Counted from the first letter of the stretch, positions 19,509 to 30,150 are shown. The stretch: 64,000 nucleotides of DNA from an uncultured Chloroflexia bacterium (GCA_963765765.1 CAVXYC010000032.1:128001-192000); one strand, 5' to 3'. Notes: generated by a model not told the origin, from the sequence alone. Numbers and translations are program-made.

Positions 19509-20782
19509 GCAGGAGCGCCCCATCAGTCACCACATCTGCTGACTCACCTGAACCAGTTGCGCCGGCTCGCTCCCGATGGCCATCCATGCTCGCCGCGCTT
19601 CAGTACCCTGAGTATCGGAATCTCTGGGTCGGCATGTTTGTGAGCAATATCGGAAGCTGGATCAAGATGGTGGCACAGGGCTGGCTTGTCTATACGCTCA
19701 CCGACTCGCCGTTCTATCTCGGCCTCGTGGGCCTGGCGCGGGCCATTCCGGTGCTGGTGCTCACGCCCGTCACCGGGGTGCTGGCCGATCGTATGGACAG
19801 ACGCTGGTTAATGCTCATCGGAACAATCGGCACCAGCGTGGCCGCCGGGATCATGGCTGTGCTTACGCTCACCGGCGTTGTCCAGGTGTGGCACGTGCTG
19901 CTGCTTTCGGTAGTCGCTGCCGTCAGCCAGGCGCTGGAGATGCCCAGCCGCCAATCACTTGTGCCTGAGCTGGTCGAGAAGAAGCACATCGTCAATGCCA
20001 TCGGCCTGGGTGCCACTGCATTCAATGCCGCCGGCGTGATTGGTCCCGCTATTGCCGCGGTGATCATCGAAACCGTCGGTATCGGCGCGGCGTTTACCGT
20101 CTCCGCGCTCAGCAACGCCGGCGTGGCGCTGACCCTGCTAACCATGCGATCGATCAAGGCGCAGAATCGCGGCACTGCCAGCTTTTTTGCGACGATGGTT
20201 GAAGGTCTGAACTACACCTGGCGCACCCCGCACATCTTTGGGCTCATGGGGCTTATGGTCGTGTTCGCGGTCTTTGGTCGACCCTACGTGGAGCTCATGC
20301 CGGTGTTCGCTCGCGATGTGCTGGGTATGGGCGCCTCCGGACTGGGTGCACTCAGCGCAGCCGTCGGGTTCGGCAGCATGATCGGCTCAGCGGCGGTCGC
20401 GGCCTTCGGGAGCTTCCAACGCAAGGGCCTCATCGTGGTCGGTGGGTCGATGATTTTCGGGGTCCTTTTGATTGCTTTCGCTCAATCCACCTCGCCGCAG
20501 CTGTCGTTCATCATAGCGCCTGTGCTCGGTTTCTTCACGCTCTTCTATATGGTGGGGACGAATACGCTCATCCAGTCAACAGTGCCGGGTGAGCTGCGCG
20601 GTAGGGTCGCCAGCATCTACGGACTCATTCAGCTTGGTCTCATGCCTATGGGCGTGATGATCGAGGGGACCCTCGGAAGCATCATCGGTGTCCCGCTCAC
20701 GGTCACATTGGGCGGCATGCTCATCCTGGTAAGCGCCAGCGTTGGATTACTGCGCATCCCCGCATTGAGGCGGCTGGAGTGA
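19505..20782 (+). CDS. MFS transporter (MFS_3/EntS-like)
   Basis: 12 TM helices, GVLADRMDRR motif A; overlaps the marR stop. Confidence 0.9.
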   Translation: MSRSAPSVTTSADSPEPVAPARSRWPSMLAALQYPEYRNLWVGMFVSNIGSWIKMVAQGWLVYTLTDSPFYLGLVGLARAIPVLVLTPVTGVLADRMDRRWLMLIGTIGTSVAAGIMAVLTLTGVVQVWHVLLLSVVAAVSQALEMPSRQSLVPELVEKKHIVNAIGLGATAFNAAGVIGPAIAAVIIETVGIGAAFTVSALSNAGVALTLLTMRSIKAQNRGTASFFATMVEGLNYTWRTPHIFGLMGLMVVFAVFGRPYVELMPVFARDVLGMGASGLGALSAAVGFGSMIGSAAVAAFGSFQRKGLIVVGGSMIFGVLLIAFAQSTSPQLSFIIAPVLGFFTLFYMVGTNTLIQSTVPGELRGRVASIYGLIQLGLMPMGVMIEGTLGSIIGVPLTVTLGGMLILVSASVGLLRIPALRRLE

Positions 20783-22287
20783 TCGACAATCGAAGTCGCG
20801 CCATCGCGACCGTAGCCGTGCTCGTGGCGATGTTCTTGGGCGCCATGGATTCCAACATCGTGGCCACGGCCATGCCAACCATCATTGGGTTGCTCGGTGG
20901 CATCAGTCTGTATAGCTGGGTGTTCTCCATCTATCTGCTGTTCGCCACTATCACCGTGCCGATCTATGGCAAGATGGCCGATCTTTACGGACGGAAGCCG
21001 ACGTTCATGGTGGGCACGGGTATCTTCCTACTTGGATCTGCCCTGTGCGCAGGCGCCCAATCCATGGAGCAGCTCATTCTGTTCCGCGCCATTCAAGGCA
21101 TTGGCGGGGGATGCGTCCTACCCATTTCGATCACCATCATTGGGGACATGTACAACCTGGAGGAGCGCGCCAAGATGGTCGCCCTCTTCAGCGCAATCTG
21201 GGGACTGGCCAGCGTCCTCGGGCCGGCCGTGGGTGGGTTTCTCACGGAGTACGTGAGCTGGCGGTGGACATTTCTGCTCAACCTGCCGGTCGGGCTGCTG
21301 GCGATGGGTATGTTGTGGGTGACCTTGCGCGAGAAGGTGGAAAAACGCGATCGGACGATTGACTATGCTGGCATAGTAACGCTGGGTCTCGGGTCAGGCC
21401 TGCTCATGTTTGCCATGCTCGAAGGCAATCGGTCGTTCCTGTCGAATTCGCCCGTACCGATCCTGATGTACGTCGTGGCTATTGGGCTACTCTGCCTCTT
21501 CATTCATGTGGAGACGAAGGCGCCCGAGCCGATCATTCCACTTAGCTTGTTTCGCAATCGGACCATCGCTGCTTCAAGCGTGCTAGCAGCGCTAGTTGGT
21601 GTGGTCATCTTCGGAACCACGACGTTTGTTCCGCCATTCATCCAGGGTATCCTGGGCGGGACAGCCGTGACTGCCGGAATCGCGGGAATAGTGCTTTCAG
21701 CGGGATGGTTTGTAGCCAGCACCGCGGGTGGTCGCATGATCGTCAGGTTCGGCTTTCGGGGGACCGGGCTGGGCGGCGCCATCGGCCTCATCACTGGTTC
21801 GGCGCTGCTCGTGAGACTCAACGAATCGTCCACGCTCAACGATCTCTGGATCTGTATGGCGGTGATGGGCCTCGGCCTCGGATTGAGCAGCGTGACGAGC
21901 ATTCTCTCGGTGCAGAGTGCCGTGGATTGGCGGCAGCGCGGCGTGGCAACCTCGAGCAACCAGTTCTTTCGCACCGTCGGCGGGACGCTCGGTATCAGCT
22001 TGCTCGGAGCGGTGTTCAACAACGTGCTCGTCGATTCGCTGCACGGCGTAGCTGGAGCTCCGTCACTCGAGCGTGCCAATGTCCTGCTTACCGAGGTAGG
22101 TCGTCAGACCATGAGCGTTGCCGAGCTCGCGCTGCTTCAGGCGCCTCTCGAGCTAGCCCTGAATCGCGTGTACCTGGTGACATTGTGCGTCGCCACCATG
22201 GGCTTCGTCGCCGGCTGTTTCTTCCCTACGGGGCGTCCCGTCGAGGCGAGCGCAAGCGAGGACAGGCCGGTGGAGTCGCGTTCCTGA
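20779..22287 (+). CDS. MDR family MFS drug:H+ antiporter (DHA2, 14 TM)
   Basis: D.NIVATAMPTI, GKMADLYGRK, RAIQGIGGG, WRWTFLLNLPVG. Confidence 0.9.
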   Translation: MIDNRSRAIATVAVLVAMFLGAMDSNIVATAMPTIIGLLGGISLYSWVFSIYLLFATITVPIYGKMADLYGRKPTFMVGTGIFLLGSALCAGAQSMEQLILFRAIQGIGGGCVLPISITIIGDMYNLEERAKMVALFSAIWGLASVLGPAVGGFLTEYVSWRWTFLLNLPVGLLAMGMLWVTLREKVEKRDRTIDYAGIVTLGLGSGLLMFAMLEGNRSFLSNSPVPILMYVVAIGLLCLFIHVETKAPEPIIPLSLFRNRTIAASSVLAALVGVVIFGTTTFVPPFIQGILGGTAVTAGIAGIVLSAGWFVASTAGGRMIVRFGFRGTGLGGAIGLITGSALLVRLNESSTLNDLWICMAVMGLGLGLSSVTSILSVQSAVDWRQRGVATSSNQFFRTVGGTLGISLLGAVFNNVLVDSLHGVAGAPSLERANVLLTEVGRQTMSVAELALLQAPLELALNRVYLVTLCVATMGFVAGCFFPTGRPVEASASEDRPVESRS

Positions 22288-23000
22288 GAATCTCGAAGTA
22301 GCAATCTTCCGAACGACGGAGAATTGAGAACACCGTCAATTCCCGCTGACCATGCCCGTGCCGTGCACCGGTCTCTGGCGCCTCCAGGTATGGAGCTGTC
22401 TTCGATATTCATCAATCAGCGAACAAGTCGGCGTATGTCTATACTCCTTGTCGGAACAGTCACAAATTAGAGTAAAGACCTACCATGGCAAGTAAAGGTA
22501 TTGCTCTCGTCGGCCTGGACGCCGAGCTGGCCATGCTGCTCACGGACGTGCTGGCAGATGAACAGTACGTTGTCGATACCGTATCAGCTGATTCCTTCGG
22601 GTCTGCCCCTCCCGACGCGTCGCGGCCGGATCTCATCATCTTTGCCACGTCGGTCTCCCCGGAAGAGGTTGGATTTCCTGGACAGACTACGGACCACTCC
22701 CGAAACGAACGCGATACCCGTGATTGTGCTGGCGACGCTTTCAACCAGTGGGACCAAGCTCAGGCATCTGGCAATGTCTATGCGGTGCTTCCGGCCCCTT
22801 TCGAAATCGATCAGCTCATGGAGACGGTGCGTCGCGCGCTTGCTCAGGAGCCGTTCGAGGTGCGAGTGCAATCGCAGCCAACCGAGCCGGGACCCACAAG
22901 TACTGGAAGCGGCCTCTGCGCTTCTCAGTGCAGAGCGCGATCTCATGCTGGATTGGGTGCAACAGGTGCGGACGGTGGAGCCCTTTGCTTCCGACCCGGA

Positions 23001-24115
23001 GAGCTGGAGAGTGGCGGACATTACCTAGACCGGGGCAGGGCATCGAGGTCGGCCGTGAGCCACTGCCAGCCGCACAGTCGGCGGACGCGCGCCGGCTCGG
23101 CGGACAGCGCGGCCAGCGACGTTTCCGCCGCCGCCTGCTTGTCCTCAGGCTCGGATAGACTCGCCCCTCCACCTGGCGGCGGAGCTCCTCGAACACCCGC
23201 TCGGCTGGGTTCAGCTCCGGCGCGTACGGCGGCAGCAGCACCCGCGGCGTGGGCAGCGGGGCCAGCAGCTTCCCGCGATGGCTCCCGGCGCCGTCCGAGA
23301 CCAATCCTTCCAGCGCCCAGCGGCGCAGCACCGGCTGGAGGTGCGTCTGGCGCATGTGCTTGAGCCACGCCCAGCGGAGCGTCCCAGCGCGGGGATCGAC
23401 GACCAGGAGCAGGTACCGCCAGACATAGCGGAGCTGCAGGCGTTGGGTCACCTTCACCCCACGCGGTCCGAGCACCCGGCACGTCTGGCCGCGCAGCCCC
23501 AGACGCAGCTCATCTCCGAAGACAATCGCCCGCTGACGCGTGAGCCCGTGGTTGCGCAGGGCGGTGGTCAGCCCCCCTTTTTCCAGGCGTCCTGGGACGC
23601 CGGGTTGGCTCGCTCGGCCTGGGGACGGGGGACCTTGGAATGAATCCCCAGTCGGGTGAGCGCCCCGTAGGTGCCGCGCCGGCTGTAGGCGACGCCGAAC
23701 TGGGCCCGGATCCAGGCCTGAGCGTCGGCGGCCGTGAGTAACCGCCGGGTCGCGGCCTCGGCCAGCAGCGCGGACCGCTGGTCGCGACTCAGCCAGTTCG
23801 CCCGCCCCCGGGAGGTGTGCCCCGGCAGCCGCCGCAGGACCGCGGCGAGGCTGCCGGTACGATACCAGCCGAGCCAGCGGATGGCGGTGCGCTCGCCCAC
23901 CCGGCGGGGTGCGCCGCCGCCCGAGCGCTCTGACCCTGGCGCACCAACCAGAGAACCTGCAACCGCGTGCGCGCCCCCACCGTGGTCGCCTGGCGGTATC
24001 GCCGCTCAGCTCGTCCACGTTGCCCAGCTCACCGCACCGATCCGCCCAGCCATGAGGCACTCCCACCGCGTCGTGCCGCCAGCCCCGCACAATCTGCGCC
24101 ACTAGGGCGTCGGTA
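23001..24115 (-). mobile_element. IS630 family insertion sequence
   Basis: Imperfect subterminal IRs (AGTGGCGGACATT at 23010; AATCTGCGCCACT at 24091), TA at the right junction (24114), visibly higher GC than the flanks, and an internal transposase. Confidence 0.85.
23021..24053 (-). CDS. IS630 transposase (HTH ORF plus DDE_3 ORF joined at a slippery site)
   Basis: HTH part ends KVPRP...QDAWKKGG at an A5G6 run (23572-23582); DDE part has FGDE, VSDGAGSH, LPPYAPELNPAERVF. Additional indels are present. Confidence 0.85.
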
Positions 24116-24558
24116 TTAGTACACGCGAGTTTCTGAACTCATTGCCCAGAATTCTCCATGCATTGGTGCTTGTTCTCCGCCAGCAGACTCCTGTGGATGT
24201 ACTTACACAGGACTCGGAAATGCAGGAGCGGATTCGTGAGCATGCACGCACACGGCGTGAGCAGGGCGTAGCTGCCGCCGCTGTCGTCCGAGAGTACCAG
24301 GTGCTCCGACAGGTGATCGGTCGTCGACTCCGCCGCGACCTACCGGCCGATTACCTACCCGAAGTCGTGGACCAGCTCCATTACCTACTGGATGAAGCCA
24401 TCCGGATAACCGTGACGGAGTTCCTCCGCCTGGCAGAAGAAGGTCCCGCACCCGGGTCGGATCCGCGGTAGTCATCATCGGCTCATAAAATGTCCAGCCC
24501 GGACGTAACGTCGCGTCCGGGCTGGACATTCGTAGATTCGCCGAGGATAGTCAGGCTG

Positions 24559-25073
24559 CTATCGCCGGCTCCGCCCGGTCTTCCCGTCAGCGGCCGCGGA
24601 CTCCGCCCCGATTTCCCCGCTGGCCATCGCCTTTTGGTCGCCTGTGGCGACCTGGATGCGGCGCGGCTTAGCCGCGTCAGACTTCGGGAAGATGAGCCGC
24701 AGCACGCCATCCTGATAGGTTGCCTGGCTCGGATCGCCAAGATAGTGGGCAGGAAGCTGCAGACTGCGAACAAACCGTCCGGTCCGCTGCTCACGCACCA
24801 GGTAATGGCGCTCCTTCTTCTCCTCTTCGGATTGATCGTGCCGGCGATGGTCAGCACGCCCTGCTCAACCTGGACGTCGATGTCCTCCGGCTTCAATCCC
24901 GGGAGGTGCGTTTCGACGATGAGATTGTCATCTTCCTCAAAGACATCGAACGCTGGTCCGGCCCATTGCTGCGCGTTGCCTGCTCCTGGCAGGACAACCG
25001 CGTCCTGAAGCAACCGATCCATCATCTGGCGCAGGCTCGTCGCCTGGCCCCAAGCGCCGTAGCGATCGATCAT
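24559..25073 (-). CDS. Hsp20/alpha-crystallin small heat shock protein, frameshifted
   Basis: SLRQMMDRL...DVFE...LPGLKPEDIDV....GVLTIAG, then RE.RTGRFVRSLQLP...ATYQDGVLRL.FPK..AKPRRI. Confidence 0.85.
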
Positions 25074-25295
25074 GACATCCTCCTGTGACAATGAATCTGG
25101 CAGCCTGGCTGCCTCAGCCACAGGATACGAAGGCGTCCGTCAGAGAGAAATTAGAGGGGTATCGGAAGTACGTAGGAAATGAAGAATTCATTGAGTGGGG
25201 TGTCCTAAGACGACGTAGCCAGAGGGCCGCCTGCTCATTGAACAGATTGAAAGCGGGCGCAGGTCGCGCGTCTCGTTAGCCCCCTCGAAACACCT

Positions 25296-25802
25296 TCACG
25301 GACATTCTTCCCAGGTCTTAGAGAGCGATCGATGCGAATCGGGCACTTGCGTCCACTCAAAGTTTGGCGGTGGGGGAATCTTTTCGGGAGCGCCCATGAA
25401 TGCCCAGATCACACCTCCTTGCTCCACCGTGGGATAGGCGGCGATTCGAACCTTGTCCTTGAAGTCGGACACGGCCGGCTCACTCGGCATCTCGACGCAT
25501 CGTCCTGAGACGTCAAATTTCCATCCGTGGAACACGCATCGCAGGCCATGCTCTTCATTCCGACCCAGCCACATGGACGCTCGTCGGTGCGGGCAGTACC
25601 GATCGAGCAGGCCGACCTTACCAGCGGTATCTCGAAATGCCACCAGATCTTCACCGAGTAGTTTGACCTCGAGCGGCTCGCAGTCGGGCGCGGGAAGCTC
25701 CGTGGACATGGCAACCGGCATCCAGTAGCGGCGAAGCAGGTTGCCCATTGGCGTGCCGGGACCGACACGCGTGATCCGCTCGTTTTCTTCTCGGCTCAGC
25801 AT
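25296..25802 (-). pseudogene. Truncated Rieske oxygenase alpha subunit (Rieske domain only)
   Basis: MLSREENERITRVGPGTPMG, CPHR...CVFHGW; stops at EECP just before the catalytic Fe-binding region, and no continuation is recognisable in other frames. Confidence 0.8.
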
Positions 25803-26031
25803 CTATGCCTCCGGTTAGAACCCAGCAAGCGCAGCCTGCTCTCTCTAGCCGTGGCAATGTAGCAGGAGGCCGGGGACCTCGTCAACGATTAGCGGACGTA
25901 CCGATGCAGAGGCGCCTTGTCTCTCATTCAACAGTCCGCAGTTGAGGTGCGTAGCCAGGTCAATTTTTCGTGAGCACTCGCGGGTCGGCTATAATCACGA
26001 GGCTTTAGCAGAAAATTGAGGAGACTTCATC

Positions 26032-26433
26032 GTGCCGAATAAGAAGTCCGCCGAGAAGGCCATGGTTCAGGCCGAGAAGCGGCGGCTGCGAAAGCGATCT
26101 ACCGTCTCGGCGGTGAAAACCTACATCCGCAACGCCGAGCGCCAGATTGCATCGGGCGATGCTGAGGCGGCGAAGCCGATGGTGATTCAGGCTCAAACAG
26201 CTCTGGATAAGGCTGCCGAGAAGGGCATTCTGCATCCGAACAACGCTGCGCGCCGTAAATCGAGGCTACTCAAGAAACTGAACGTTGCTTCCACCGCCGC
26301 CTCGGCGCCTGAGGAAGAGAAGAAGACCACGCGAAAGCGGGCGACCACAGCTCGCGCCGGCTCCAAAGCGGCCGGATCAAAGGCTTCGGGAACCACTACC
26401 CGCCGACGGACTACCAAGGCGGCGTCTTCCTAA
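26032..26433 (+). CDS. rpsT: 30S ribosomal protein S20 with basic C-terminal extension
   Basis: MPNKKSAEKA...LDKAAEKGILHPNNAARRKSRL; TATAAT at about 25990 and GAGGAG SD upstream. Confidence 0.95.
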   Translation: MPNKKSAEKAMVQAEKRRLRKRSTVSAVKTYIRNAERQIASGDAEAAKPMVIQAQTALDKAAEKGILHPNNAARRKSRLLKKLNVASTAASAPEEEKKTTRKRATTARAGSKAAGSKASGTTTRRRTTKAASS

Positions 26434-26455
26434 ACCGATTCTGGATCTGGAACTG

Positions 26456-26488
26456 AAGCGGGCCTCAATTATGAGGCCCGCTTTTTTG
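26456..26488 (+). terminator. Rho-independent terminator of rpsT
   Basis: AAGCGGGCCTCA-loop-TGAGGCCCGCTT followed by a T run. Confidence 0.85.
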
Positions 26489-26602
26489 TCATCTCTCTGC
26501 CACAGATCCATGGAACCGAGAGGTCATGCGGACCTAATTCCGTGACCGCGCGGCTGAGCCCCAGACATCGCTGTACACTCAACATGACTCTGGAGGTCAA
26601 CC

Positions 26603-27686
26603 ATGAGCGTGGACGCGCGAGGCATCGTTGCCTGGGAGGTAGGCGCCAAGGTTCAGCCTGAACTATTGGTGGTCGATGAACCGGGACCCGGCGAGATTCT
26701 CGTTCGTGTGGAGGCCAGCGGCGTCTGTCACACGGACTTGCACATCCGCAACGGCGCCATTGGTACGCTGCCAATCCTTCTGGGGCACGAGGGCGCTGGC
26801 ATCGTCGAGGCGGTGGGAGCCGGCGGTGCAGCAGCCGGGCGTTGGCGACTACGTCATTCTCGCATGGCGAGCGCCCTGCGGTCAGTGTCGATTCTGCCGT
26901 GTGGGCCAGCTCCAGCTATGTGCGGCCAGCCTCAATGCGCAGGCGCGCCAGCATACTCCAGAGGGCAAGTTTCCTCCGCCAGTGATGGGCCTCGGAACGT
27001 TTGCAACCCATTGTGTTGTGGCGGCTGAGCAGGCCATAGTTGTGCCGCGCGAGATACCACCGGCTCAAGCAAGCTTGATCGGCTGCGGTGTGATGACCGG
27101 CGTTGGAGCGGTGCTCTACACGGCCGGCGTGCGTCCTGGTAGCACTGTCGCGGTCTTTGGCGCTGGGGCTGTGGGTACCAGCGTGATCCAGGGTGCGCGT
27201 CTGGCACATGCCGAGAAGATCATTGCCGTGGACCTATCACCAACCAAGCTGGAGTGGGCAAAGACCTTTGGCGCTACCGATACGGTGAACCCTGCCGATG
27301 GGGATCCGGTGGAGCAGATCAAGGCGCTCACTGGCGGGCACGGTGTGAACTACGCCTTTGAGGCCGTCGGGCATCCGGATGTGCTTCAGCAGGTGCTCGC
27401 CTGCCGAGATCTGGCTGGCGTAGCCACGTTGATCGGCGTGGCTGGTCAGGGCGCCAGCATCAACATCAATCTTCCGAGCTTTTTCGATCTGGGCGGCTCG
27501 CTCCGTGTGAGCTGGTACGGTGATTGTCTACCGAGTCGCGATTTCCCCATGCTGGCCGACTGGTATCTGAAGGGAGATCTGCTCCTGGACGAGCTCATCA
27601 CGGCCACGATCGCCCTGGACGACGTAGACGAAGCTTTTCATGCGATGGAGCGCGGCGAGACGCTCAGGAGTGTGGTGACCTTTTAG
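26603..27686 (+). CDS. Zn-dependent alcohol dehydrogenase, S-(hydroxymethyl)mycothiol dehydrogenase (MscR/AdhE2)-like; frameshift at about 26825
   Basis: GVCHTD, GHEGAG, structural Zn CxxCxxC...[21 protein letters not shown]. Confidence 0.85.
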
Positions 27687-27692
27687 GTAGCG

Positions 27693-27735
27693 ATGAGAGG
27701 TCACGATTGATCAGTCCCAAAAGGTGACCTCTCAT
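27693..27735. terminator. Stem-loop downstream of the dehydrogenase
   Basis: ATGAGAGGTCAC...GTGACCTCTCAT, 12-bp arms. Confidence 0.45.
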
Positions 27736-28188
27736 GCCCCTCATCACATCAAGACGCAGAGAGAACGATAACTCGGAATCCGGCTCGCGTTACCTTGACA
27801 CGCTGTGCTACCGCGTGCTCGTAGATCTCTAGCGCGTCGTCGTAACGACTCGCATTAACGATTCGCCCCCCACTTCTCGCTTGTGCTCCTCGCGCCAGAG
27901 AGATGGGCGAGCCACGGTGCGCTCGTCCAGCCGCCAGAGCCAATCCGGCAGGCCGTTCAAACAACCGTCGCCGATCCCACGTGTTCGCTCAACGACGATG
28001 TCACCCACTGAACGGGCGAGCGTTGCTGCAATTGGTAAATCATGACATTTGGCAGGCGCGAAAAAGATGCGCGGACTACGGCTTCCTTGCTGAAGTCTCA
28101 TTTGCGGGACGCCAAAAAACGGCGTCCAAGGCCAACTGGGACGCCAAGCGCGTACGCCGATGAGTTACGCATGCCGTTCTTTTGTCGC

Positions 28189-28275
28189 AGCCGCGACTGT
28201 GAGCGAGCGATTCTTCGTGGGAATCCCTTCTTAGTCCGGGAGTCGCGGGAGAATCGCTCGCTCACAGTCGCGGCT
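28189..28275. repeat. REP/REPIN-like palindrome with perfect 26-bp arms
   Basis: AGCCGCGACTGTGAGCGAGCGATTCT (28189-28214) and its reverse complement (28250-28275). Confidence 0.8.
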
Positions 28276-28298
28276 CGGACGGGTCGAGTTTACTGGCC

Positions 28299-28556
28299 TC
28301 AACCCAGCCCCTCGATCGCTTCAAGCTCTACGGCCGCCAGGACCCAGTAGCTCCAGACGTCGCCGTCCAGGACCACACGGTAGCGGTGGGCCGGGTCACG
28401 ATGGCCGCGCTCTAGCACAGCGATGACCGTTCCCACACGACCCTCGAAGTCAGACTGATTGTCCTCGAAGTGGCGACATTCAGGATTCAGTCTGACGCGG
28501 ACGCGCTGACCGACTTCCGGGCTCCACGGTTCGTAGTATTCGCCATGGGCTACCAC
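28299..28556 (-). CDS. Small hypothetical protein with KOW/SH3-like pattern
   Basis: VGQRVRV...GRVGTVIAV...YRVVLD...ELE; co-oriented just downstream of the MFS gene. Confidence 0.55.
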   Translation of the reverse strand: MVAHGEYYEPWSPEVGQRVRVRLNPECRHFEDNQSDFEGRVGTVIAVLERGHRDPAHRYRVVLDGDVWSYWVLAAVELEAIEGLG

Positions 28557-28573
28557 GGGTCCTTACACCTGAC

Positions 28574-29873
28574 TCAGGCCGGCGCACGTTCTGTGGCGGT
28601 AACAGCAGGTTTGGGCTCGTCCTCGAGCGGAGTGAGCGTGTGCAGCGGGCCGATACGGTCGAGCGAGCGCCAACCGAGGGCTACGGCCGTCACGACGACC
28701 AGCGTACCGACTCCGCCGCCCGCGACAGCGATGATGGGGCCAAAGATCGCCGCGAACGCGCCGCTTCGGAACGCCCCCAGCTCGTTGGACAATCCGATGA
28801 ACAGCGAGTTCACGGCCGAGACGCGCCCGCGCAGGCGGTTAGGCGTAATGACCTGCTGGAGTGTACCGCGAATAACCATGCTCACAGAGTCCGCGGCGCC
28901 GCCAACGAACAGGCAGAGCAGTGAGAAGGCCATGTTATGCGAGAGCCCAAAGCCCACCGTCGTAATGCCGAACACGGCCACGACAATCATGAGCACCCGG
29001 CCGGGCCGTTCCCACGGCGGGAGACGGGTGGTGATGAGCGCGGCCAGAAGGGCGCCAACCGCCGGGGCTGAGCGCAGCAGGCCCAGGCCCGCTGGCCCAA
29101 CCTCAAGAATGTCCTTGGCGTACACAGGCAGCAGGGCAACCGCGCCGCCCAGAAGGACAGCGAAGAGGTCTAATGTGATGGCTGCGAGGAAGACTTCATT
29201 GCGTCGGATGAACGAGATGCCGGCGAACATGTCCCCGAGCGTCTGGCGTCCGCCTGTGGATGGAGGATTGCCACGAGGCAGGCGGAAGAGGATGATGACG
29301 AAGCACAGCTCGGCAAACGCCGCGAGCAGATACGAGCTGCCCGCCTCGTTTGTCATCGCGATGAGCAGGCCCGCAAGAGCGGGTCCGCCAATGCTCGCCA
29401 CCTGGTTGCTGGAGATCATCCAGGAATAGGCGTTGGAGAGATCCTTGGGCTGCAGGATCTCAGGTGGAATGGCATTGACTGATGGAATCGCGAACGGCCG
29501 CGCCGCGCCGCACACCGCCAGCATAACGAAGATGAGCCAGACCGTGTGCGCCCAACCACGCGACGGCTGCCAGGCTAAACGTGGCGAGGCTCAGTGCCCC
29601 GTAGGAAATCAGCGCCACATCGCGCCGGCGATACCGGTCCACCAACGCACCCGCGGGCAGCGTGAGCGCCAACGCCGGAACGATCTGTACCAGTCCTACC
29701 AATCCGAGCATCCATGGATCGCCTGTACGCTCGTACAGGTCCCAGCCCACGGCGACCGAGACGAATTGGAGAGCGAGCATGGAGAGCGCTCGCCCTAAAA
29801 CAAGTGAGCCGATGTGCGGCACACGTAGCGCCGCGAATGCATCCACTCGCGTTGACGGCTCCGGTGATGACAC
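28574..29873 (-). CDS. MFS transporter (MFS_3), frameshift at about 29540
   Basis: VAVGWDLYERTGDPWMLGLVGL, GALVDRYRRR, LDLFAVLLGGA.ALLP, LRGRVSAVNS.FIG.SNELG. Confidence 0.85.
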
Positions 29874-30092
29874 GAATCCTCCACCCTTCACTGGGCGTCT
29901 TCCCATCGGAGCGACTCGGGCGAAATCGATCGAACCGGGAAGGAGCGACGGGCATCAACGCGCCGCCGCTCTTGTGACACTGTACCGGCGCGAAGCCGCT
30001 AACGGCTAGCCAAGCATTGATGGTGTCCACGTCTTTAGGCAGGGCCCAGATTCGCTCAACACCCAGTCAGTCGAAGCGAGCACCGCTTGAAT

Positions 30093-30116
30093 ATATTTAA
30101 CATTTATGTTAAATAT
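30093..30116. promoter_or_regulatory. Putative ArsR/SmtB-type operator overlapping the promoter of the VOC-arsR-SRPBCC operon
   Basis: Perfect AT-rich 11-2-11 palindrome ATATTTAACAT-TT-ATGTTAAATAT, 35 bp upstream of the VOC start. Confidence 0.7.
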
Positions 30117-30150
30117 TTCATTATCATAGTCGTATTGTTGGAGACTGGAT

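Larger units (their letters stand above)
22485..24471 (+). pseudogene. Atypical receiver-domain plus RsbRD-N-like regulator interrupted by IS630
   Basis: The 5' part (PDLIIF...LDRLRTTPETNAIPVIV...PFEIDQL...MLDWVQQVRTVEPF) ends at about 23000. The frame resumes at 24115 with ISTREFLNSLPRILHAL...HARTRREQG...VVREYQVLR. Confidence 0.7.

Noticed and set aside
25085-25279. 64-aa ORF between hsp20 and the truncated Rieske gene; also checked for CIRCE/HAIR heat-shock operators
   Set aside because: It overlaps the hsp20 promoter region with no motif or SD, and no complete CIRCE or HAIR palindrome was found.
27740-28180. Overlapping short ORFs next to a REP element, considered as a RAYT remnant
   Set aside because: No HUH motif or other Y1 transposase signature in any frame; no convincing protein.
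28470-29429. Long antisense ORFs (also 39370..40311, 17852..18574 and similar)
   Set aside because: Shadow frames of well-supported genes in GC-rich DNA, with no motifs of their own.
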